DNA of 60,000 nt from Botryllus schlosseri (lineage: Eukaryota), in contig CM119371.1 of NCBI GenBank assembly GCA_051294905.1, positions 30,444,001-30,504,000 on the forward strand. Direction: 5' to 3'. A model generated the notes under the pieces. It was not told where the DNA came from, searched no databases, and was given only the letters and a program-made list of their open reading frames with translations. Positions within the stretch are counted from its first letter, which is position 1; every line of letters starts with the position of its first letter. This document shows, piece after piece, positions 51,595 through 60,000 of the stretch. Position numbers and translations under genes: made by a program.

Positions 51595-53070
51595 GTAAGA
51601 AATGTTTTATTTGCTTACATCGCCTGATCAAACAGATTGTGTTATGCAACCATAGAATTTGTATTTGTAAGAGATGTGTTTGAGAAAGACATATCCTGCG
51701 ACCCAAATTCTATGGTTATACAACACAATCTGTTTAATAAGGCAGCGTAAAATATTTATTCAGTGAACCAAGGCTGAGTGTAAATCGTCGATACAGTAGT
51801 GTAAATAGATATGGGACAATGTCATGCTGCTCTGGCTTGAAGCGTGCACTGTATATATTTGTTCATAAATTAGTTTCAATGTATCCATCAAACCTTCAAG
51901 TCTTTGATTTCAGAAAGTTTTTAAAAGGCTAAGGTGTAAAAAAAAGGTGAGATCCCCAATATAAAGTATAATATAGGATTTAACTACAGATGGACGACAT
52001 GATATTGCATAAGTTTCCTCTGAATTTATATACTTTAGTCTCATATTACCAATCGATAGGGATTTGGGCGAATGTTGGCTGACTCCCGTCACGCCAACAA
52101 TTGCGACAACGACTCCGACCGAACTTCTTCATATGGAATTTCGCGACTTGTATAGGACTTCTCTCACGTCGAAAAATCCGTAAACGACTTCACGTCCTTA
52201 GTGCCCAAAATGTAATGAGTCTGACTTCCGACCCCTGGGTTGGGCCTCTGAATTAGTGTGTTAGTTGTAATAAGTTATTATTTGGCTTTTCGTATATCTA
52301 AATATTGGGAGCAACTGCAGAATACGCCCTCACTTTCCGCACACAGGAAACACGACTACCTTAGTGTTCCCTCATGATCACATATCAATTCCACATGAAA
52401 CATCTCCATATATTTGACCTTCTTCCTTTCATTCTCTCTCGAATATAGTGTTCATTTGAATCATAATCCTATCACAGGTGAAACATTATCACTCCAGAAA
52501 TACGCCCGCCAATCTATGTTTCACATTGGCGCCGTGTACATCGACGGCACTTAATTCACTAGTACTCGGTGATCTGGTCATTTATGCAGTGTTTTTTTCT
52601 CAAGTTGTATAATTTTGCCATGATTGTTTAAATACTTTCCACGAAGTATGTAACATGAGCTTACGACAGTTTGCACTCGATATAGTCGTCGTATGCGATA
52701 TGGAATTGTTGAAACCCTTGAAATCGTCGTCGGTTCGACAGTTATAGCAGGCAGTTATATTTCATTGGTATGGAATAGATGCTCTGATGATGTTGACCAC
52801 CGACCCAAAAATGCTGCATAGCGATGTAATCTTGGTGAAAGATATTTTACGGCCAGTTTCAGACAATGGTCGGAATTCTTTTTCGTCAAAGGAGCCATAT
52901 TTACCTTATATTTTCAATTGTCAATGCCATTTCACTATGACGTCACAATTAAAGATTGGTGACGTCATGGATGGAAAATAATGATAAAAACATGCTTAAA
53001 CGAATGCCAGGTTTTAAGCAACTTATTTTTAAATTTATTTTTGGTTTAACACACAACCTTATAGTTCTAG

Positions 53071-53161
53071 ATGGACCGTGTAACAGTGATGAATTTCCGT
53101 GTGCGAATGGATTTGAGTGCATAAGATCCAACCGTTTCTGTGATGGCAAAATGGATTGCAG
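53071..53161 (+). CDS. LDLa-repeat protein, exon 4
   Basis: GPCNSDEFPCANGFECIRSNRFCDGKMDC; AG|GTAGGT donor; alternative in-frame acceptor 6 nt upstream. Confidence 0.85.
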
Positions 53162-53337
53162 GTAGGTGATGACTAGCATCACTAGGGCGGCTACAAACTT
53201 GTGTGCAATGTCCAATTTATGGTATTCACCGCTAACCCAAACACTTCGAGTTGATCAGGAGCAACCACCTCAGCTGTAACTACCATGTGTTTTCAATGGT
53301 ATATCTATGTAAGTGCGCATTTTTATAACTATTCATT

Positions 53338-53374
<37 letters not shown>

Positions 53375-54079
53375 CAATGATTGGAGTAGCACTGAATACG
53401 CATGGCAAATGCAGATTGCACAAACTATGCCAGCCCGGGGCGTAAACGACAATGCGTAATGGTCAGGGTTGCGCTTAAAAAAAAGGTGTTTCAAAACATG
53501 TTTTAAATCAAGGGTCACCAACACGCGGCCCGCAAGCTCATATTTTACGGTCCCCGAACTGATTTGAGATTTCGTAAGAACACTAAGAAATAATAAAAAT
53601 CTTGTTTTATACCACGGCCATGTTTTAAAGATGTTTGTTTTAAATTGATTTTTGTATCAAGTGCAAACTTATAGTAATGGTGGATCGTTCAACTTCTCGA
53701 ACGGTAGGATATGGATTCAATCCTCAGCTAATGTGTCAAAACTGCATGGTATCGTCATCTCACCGCATTGGGATTACGCGGAGAGGTAAAATGGTGGTGC
53801 CGACTGCCGACTCTATATTCTTTCTGCTCCATAGCTTCAAAATCGCCCGAGTACCTCGAGTGTCACCAGAATAAAATACCTTAAAATCCTCCTCAGGGTG
53901 TTCATCCTCACCCCACATAGAATGTATGCATAGTTTATGACAACCCGTTGGAAGCGGTTTTAATCTGCTAAATCAACCATTTCACAAAGCATAATTTGTT
54001 CATCTTTATACAAGGCACCGCGTCCCAATCACCGTATGTCAATTGAATTCATCCACAACAGACTGCACCGCGCCAATGT

Positions 54080-54337
54080 GGCGAGATAGCGCAGTGGTAT
54101 AATCTGCGGCTGCAACACCAATGGGTGCGGGTTCGCGTCCCACCGAGGTCGACTTCAGAGGAGGTTTATCTGGGCTCCTCCTCGCCACCTCATCCGCGCA
54201 AACGGTGTCTTACAAAAAGCATAGAAGCGGGCCGTGCTATAAGTAGGCAGTTACAGGGCAAAACTTAACAATATCGGTCTGGTGTACATGACCAATGAGC
54301 CTAGTAGTCGACAAACACCGTGAATATCGCAAAGCAA
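54080..54337 (+). mobile_element. tRNA-derived SINE, near full length
   Basis: A box TAGCGCAGTGG, B box GGTTCGCGTCC; body shared with ~40265-40440 (-), ~22045-22160, ~4755-4895; head also at ~16572. Confidence 0.75.
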
Positions 54338-54946
54338 CGCATGTAATGTCAGGCGATTTTCCAGGAGTGTGGTGAAAGTCAGGCTAGCAACATCACGGGT
54401 TATATTGTGATGCATTTGAAACAAACGTTATTTTAAAGCACCTTGGTTAAAACATGGCTTAAACAGTGTTTTAAACCGATGCCTTTAAAAAAAATGTATT
54501 TTTTTATTCCATAATTGTTTCAATAATCTCGAAAAACTTGTAGTATGAGCTGACGGGCGATTTGCACCCAGTACTGTGGACGTATATGATATGGAGCGGC
54601 TGGAACCCTCGAAATCGTCGTCGGTTCAACAGTTATAGCAAGTAAAAGATATCAGTGGTACGGAAATAGGTGTTCTGATGATGAAGGCCGCCGTACAAAA
54701 AAGGTGTTAACGATATTGTTGGGCTGCTTATGACAGTGGTCGAAGGAGCCATTTTACACAATCTTTTAAAGTGTCAATGTCAATCCACTGCGATGTCACA
54801 ATTATTGATTCGTGACGTAATGGATAAAAGAAGGATAGAATAAAAACATGTTATAAACAAGGGCTTTATTTTGAACATGTTTATTTTAAATTGTTTTTTT
54901 GATTTTGTTTTAAATGCAACTCTAATTGTGATGCTGATATTTTCAG

Positions 54947-55098
54947 TGACGAGTCAGACGAGCCATACTACGACCAAGCAATTAATTACGGGCCCAACGT
55001 TACTTTATGTTTCGGGATAACTAGCTGGGGATTTTGGCGACGGTCTATATGCGTCGTCCGAATGGAGCTCGTTCCCCGTAAAGCTGACTTTTGCGCAG
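54947..55098 (+). CDS. LDLa-repeat protein, exon 5
   Basis: DESDEPYYDQAINYGPNVTLCFGITSWGFWRRSICVVRMELVPRKADFCA; phase 2-1; paralogous to exon 3. Confidence 0.8.
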
Positions 55099-55297
55099 GT
55101 GAAGACTGATTATGGCAATTTTACAATAGATAATTGTATGATGTCGCCGAGAGAAGATACATTAAGGGATATATCAGGCTAACTTGGAATGTTTTAATAC
55201 TCCACTCATTTTTATCCGTTCAAGAAAATTATTCCCTCGTCGTCATCCGTCCGTCCGTCCGTGGAGGTGGTATGATGCATATGTTGACATTTCACAG

Positions 55298-55388
55298 GTG
55301 AATCATGTGGACGTGATGAATTTCCTTGTGCGAATGGAATTGAATGCATAGTATCAACCTTCTTCTGCGATGGAAGTAATCATTGCAG
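55298..55388 (+). CDS. LDLa-repeat protein, exon 6 (gene continues; next exon not found)
   Basis: ESCGRDEFPCANGIECIVSTFFCDGSNHC; TTCACAG acceptor, AG|GTAGGT donor. Confidence 0.85.
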
Positions 55389-55718
55389 GTAGGTGATATA
55401 GTACGGTCTAAGATGACGTCATCATTGAGCCTTGGACACTTGAGTAGCTTGTTTTATCGAATTAAATTGGTCGTAAACCATATCAACATTGCAACAAACT
55501 TGCGTATAATGTGCTGTGCAATCAATGGCATACGATACCATTCCAAAGACTGCGAAGGCGTCTGGAGCAATTAATTCATCTATAGCTATCACATGTATGT
55601 AGTGATATTCATATGTACCTGCATGAGGATTCTTCTATTCGTTGGATAATTGAAGCAATGGTTATTGCACACTGCAGCAGAGACGCCTACAATCCTCGCC
55701 CGCGCGTAGACTAGATAG

Positions 55719-57296
55719 TAGGGATGGTGTGAACTTCAGAAAGGTTCAGGTTCGTGTGAACGCAAACCTTTTTGAAAGGTTCTGAGTGAACGCGAACGTA
55801 AACCTCATGACGTTACGTGACGTCATATTGCTAATTACAACCTTACATTTTAGTAAAGTGACATCATAGTGTCCTATATGGTGTCGACACAAGCAAATCT
55901 CACGGCTCAGTGAAATTGTATCACGTCACAATTTCCATTTGGCTACAGGCAATTTGACTGTCATTTTTGACCGGCTTGCCGAGCATTAAATTAGGTAATA
56001 CGGGTATCACTCGAAAGCTGACTCTGCACTGATTACGAGAATATAAATTTTATTCCGCTCGCGGCCCTCGAGCCCCCGCAATCAGCCTCGAATTTTCCAT
56101 TGTTATGGAGATTGGCATTGGGGTCGCAACAATGCTGTCTGGCGAAACGAGAGAGTAGCTCAAGAGAAAAAGAGCGGACAGCATTGTTGCGTCCCAATAC
56201 CAATCTCCATAACAATGAAAAATTCGAGGCTGATTGTGGGGGTTCCAGGGCCGCGACCGGAATAAAATTTATATTTTCGTAATCAGTGCAGAGTCAGCTT
56301 TCGAGTGATACTCGTTTTACCAAATTTAATGGTCGGCAAGCCGGTCAAAAATGACCGTCAAATTGCCTGTAGACAAATGGAAATTGTGACGTGATACAAT
56401 TTTACTGAGCCGTGAGATGTGCTTGTGTCGACACCATATAGGACACTATGGTGACATATAATAATGTGCACGATACCTAGCAACGACTCTGGGCAATGCC
56501 ACAATGCTGAAGTACGTACTGACTTATTAAACGTCGCCAAATGTAGCAACTGGGGCAATCAAATGACATAATAATTCCATAAAATCAATATCTTTTGTCG
56601 CTTTGCCCACAATTTCTATACCAGGACTTGCAAGGGAATTTATGCTTACGCCTTATCGGTATAGGCCGGACAAGGCAATGTCTTCGACGTCTGAGTGTTG
56701 CTACGTTGATGTTGAGCATAGTGTAAAACGGGTTTTACCCAATTAACAAGTTATACAGCAGTTGCCAACACCGCAATCGCACGGATTTGTTTTTTATGAT
56801 ACAATAAACTTATGAAATAGAGATTGGCCCCGTAAGCTTGATATATTTTTTACGTCAGACAACGATATCAATTTAATCGATTGGTTGAATAAATATCATC
56901 CGCTGACTACCTACATGTAGCGCATTTCGCTCTTGATGTTGTGTGACTGTGATTTTGCGTCAAGCTCACAACAGAGAGTAACTATAGATCTTCACAAACG
57001 GGAAACTGGATATTTCGAGCAAACTTTTGTAACAAAGCAGGTAAAATTTTTGAGATTGTCAAGGTGCATGCTCGTTTAGTGTTGATTTTCTATGCTCCCA
57101 GCGCAATGCATACATTGTCCCTCAGTTGAAATACAATAAATTTCTACCAAAGATGTTATAATGACGGGAAATTGTGATATATGTAAAAGGTTCACTGTGC
57201 AGAACCTACCAAGGTTCGTTTGTGAACGTGAACCTCTAAATTTCCGAGGTTCACACACAGAACGCGAACGTGAACCTCACGCTCACACCATCTCTA
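55719..57296. mobile_element. hAT element, inverted copy of the 37832-39053 family
   Basis: TAGGGATGGTGTGAAC ... CACACCATCTCTA; degenerate TSD CTAGATAG / TTAGAGAG. Confidence 0.85.
55865..56450. mobile_element. Foldback MITE with ~277-bp arms, P-element-like ends
   Basis: CATAGTGTCCTATATGG ... CCATATAGGACACTATG; 7-bp TSD GTGACAT; superfamily inferred only from termini and TSD length. Confidence 0.8.
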
Positions 57297-59307
57297 TTAG
57301 AGAGCGTGTTGGTGGAGCGTCCAGTTTGATTGTTAGGTTGTGGTATCAATCCTCGACAGGAATGCAACAAGGACTTGGTGGTAGAACTGATAGGTGCAGC
57401 GTGCTCGCTGGGCGCCCATTCGGGATTGCGTGTCGAGGTAAAGCGGTGGTAGTGACGCGATTACCTTTCATCTATTTGGAATATTCATCCTCCATGCACC
57501 CGGAGTGCACAGACAAGAATGAATTTCCTCTCTTACCTCCGGAAGTTCACGATCACCCCTTATATAGACCAGCAGTAGATTTATGAAAACGCGCGTGGAA
57601 ACAGTTTTGTACCGCGAAATCCCACGGTTTCACAGACCATCGTTATACAATGCACCGCCGTTTAATTTCCGTGATTTAATCGAATTCATCCTCCACTCGA
57701 CTGTGTGTAGCTGTATAGACTATTTTCTTCTTTCTTCTTCAAGGTGCGTTTATAAGGGACGCGGATGGTCAGGCGGACAGCATCACTGCCTTCAGAGGTC
57801 TTAAACTCAAATGTGCTCGCGGGCCAATTTCTTAGTTTTGATGACGCCGCAGGCCTCACCACCAATAATGTTATGTTCGTGCATTTACGGGATATTAGGG
57901 ATATTCCACGCAGAATTTCCAAGTAGGCCTTGTTTGACGGGAGCTTGAAGATAGGCATTCCTCAAACATCATGAAAATGTAATTTGCTATTGTACTATTC
58001 ACGCTTGACACGGAAAAGTCATATTTTCAAATATTTGAAAAAAATTGTTTTTATGGCGGGCATTATTTGTTCAAATAGTGAGCTATAGACATCATGCGAG
58101 AGGATGCATCATGAATTCATGACATCGTCATTGCTATGGTCAGACTGTCGGGTTATAATATTGCAGCTAGTGGACCTTTGACGTGCTACAATTTTATGTA
58201 GAATATTTTAAAATCTATACTGAAGATTGATCTGATAGCAGAGCATTTGAGCGTTGTAGCCTAATCCGAGTTATGATATAGTCGTGATAAGTAGCCAATT
58301 GTTACTATGTCAGCTTCAGATTTTGCCTCCGATTATTATTGGAACATATCAATAACAACTTGAATATAATCATTATTGGGCCATATTAACCTTAGGGATC
58401 GTACCCCGCGTGCTTCCAATAAGATTTCTCGTAGCACCTGGATATTTTTAACACAAATTCTGTTTGTACCTATATTAAAATTAGAAAGCCCATACACGCA
58501 AAATCGCGCGAAGCGCGAAGACCAGTTTCCAGTTGAATAAGTTGGTCAATAAAATATTCCACAGCATATAGGCCTAATTCCACAATGCATCTCGTACCCC
58601 ATGATGTGGTGCTCCGTACCCCCGAAGGGGTATACGGACCCTGGTTAAAAACCCATGGAATAGAAATGTCCAATCGCCGATGAATTCATTGGTGGTACAG
58701 CTGTGGAGCGTACTACTACCTTACTCGCCACCGATGATAATAACATGGATGAAGAGATCGGACAACACCCAGCATGTAACCAACGCGATTTCAAGTTGCC
58801 AGGTTTCTTAACTATTTGGTACTCTTCCCCTAGACAAAATACGCAAGATTTATCGAAATGGACATATCGGCGAGACATTTAAAGTTTTAGGACATGTAAC
58901 ATGCGACTCCAAGAAGTGTGACAGAACGATCGGCAGCGAGAAAACCTGGGCCAAAAAGGACTGCCCTCTTACGCTGACCGAAAACTTCGTTATATATGCA
59001 AAATACATATAGGTTCAAGTGTCCATGGCAACTAAATGACTGGCGCCGAATGTTCCTGTCTTGACAATCTGAACCTCAGAAGATAAATACCATCCCCGCA
59101 GGGAAAAATCATATGCCAGTAAAGAAATACCAATTTGAAATCGTGTGCGTCGTTAGTTTAGTTACTTAGTACGTTTGGGCGATTCTGTATTTTTTTGATA
59201 TAACAGACAGGAGATCACGAAATGACATCATGAAACGATGTCATACCAACGAGTCCGCCCGCCCGAATATGTTTAATTATTATTTACGCGCCGTACAGTT
59301 TGCAAGC

Positions 59308-59905
59308 CACCTCATTCGGCTCTACTGGTAAATCTGATAACGTGAAAATAGAGGACAAGAAATTGATAGCAATATGCAATTCCCGATATTATTGACCGAT
59401 TTTATCATGAATTATCGAAAATTTTTGCGCTTTGCGCTGGCTCACTAACCTTTGGACCTTATTTCGTGACAAAGGTGAACAACGTGATGGGGGGTCGGTT
59501 TATCACCCTATGGGAGCCCAAGACCCAAGTTTTATTGGGGGGGGGGCTGGCCAAGTGCTGTTTCATTCCTGCGAACGGGTATACGACCGAAGATCTTTAA
59601 TTATTATTGAGGGGTCCTACCATTTCAAGCACACCTCACTCAGCTCTACCGGTAAATCTGATTACGTGGGCAAAGAGAGGATAAAAATTGATAACAATAT
59701 ATATTAAATTCCCGATCATATTGACCAATTCAATGATGAATTTTGAAATTTTTCGCGCTTCGCGCGTCTAGACGAGAATAGACGACCCACTAAACGGACG
59801 CTTAACACAGATGATGAGTAGCGGTAAACAGCGGGTAACCCAGGGGGTCTGGGGTTTATCATCCTATGGGGGCCCAAGACCAAAGTTTGGGGGGGCTGAC
59901 GAAGT
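59308..59905. repeat. Diverged tandem duplication, two units of roughly 325-355 bp
   Basis: CACCTCA.TC.GCTCTAC.GGTAAATCTGAT and GGTTTATCA.CCTATGGG.GCCCAAGACC each occur twice in order. Confidence 0.7.
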
Positions 59906-60000
59906 GCTGTTACGGCCCTAATAGCTATATATACCCTACGCAACGCAAGCTACGACCTTGTGATATATTACTATTCCTCATGACAGTTTCATAGATTGTT

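Noticed and set aside
54080..54150. tRNA gene
   Set aside because: Has A and B boxes but no proper acceptor stem, and continues into a multicopy SINE body
54145..54205. HDV-like ribozyme suggested by GGC-TCCTCCTC-GCC
   Set aside because: No GG for P1.1 and no P2/P4; explained by a simple hairpin in the SINE
56033..56282. Pair of similar 60-aa ORFs on opposite strands
   Set aside because: By-product of the foldback symmetry
57161..57958. ORFs as further LDLa-gene exons
   Set aside because: Partly transposon sequence; no phase-2 exon starting DxSDE found

Overview
Repeat-rich eukaryotic (invertebrate animal; an ascidian/tunicate is my unverified guess) genomic DNA, not prokaryotic. Supported genes, all on +: an intronless long-form UFM1-specific protease (UFSP2-type, 24369-26135); a 3-exon THEM6-like hot-dog thioesterase (27364-35320); a secreted LDL-receptor class A repeat protein with at least 6 exons from 47606 (3' end not found); and a weaker 2-exon orphan candidate (13438-13924). 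The rest is mostly nested non-autonomous DNA transposons (hAT, Harbinger, CACTA, P-like), tRNA-derived SINEs, and decayed L2/CR1, L1/Tx1 and Penelope-like retroelements. The most notable signal is six minimal type I hammerhead ribozyme motifs in Penelope-type inverted terminal repeats, from at least two unrelated sequence families. In all of them the 7-nt loop II is complementary to a segment at the same position (-14..-8 from the core), which suggests a conserved pseudoknot. All calls come from reading the sequence by eye; no search or folding program was run.
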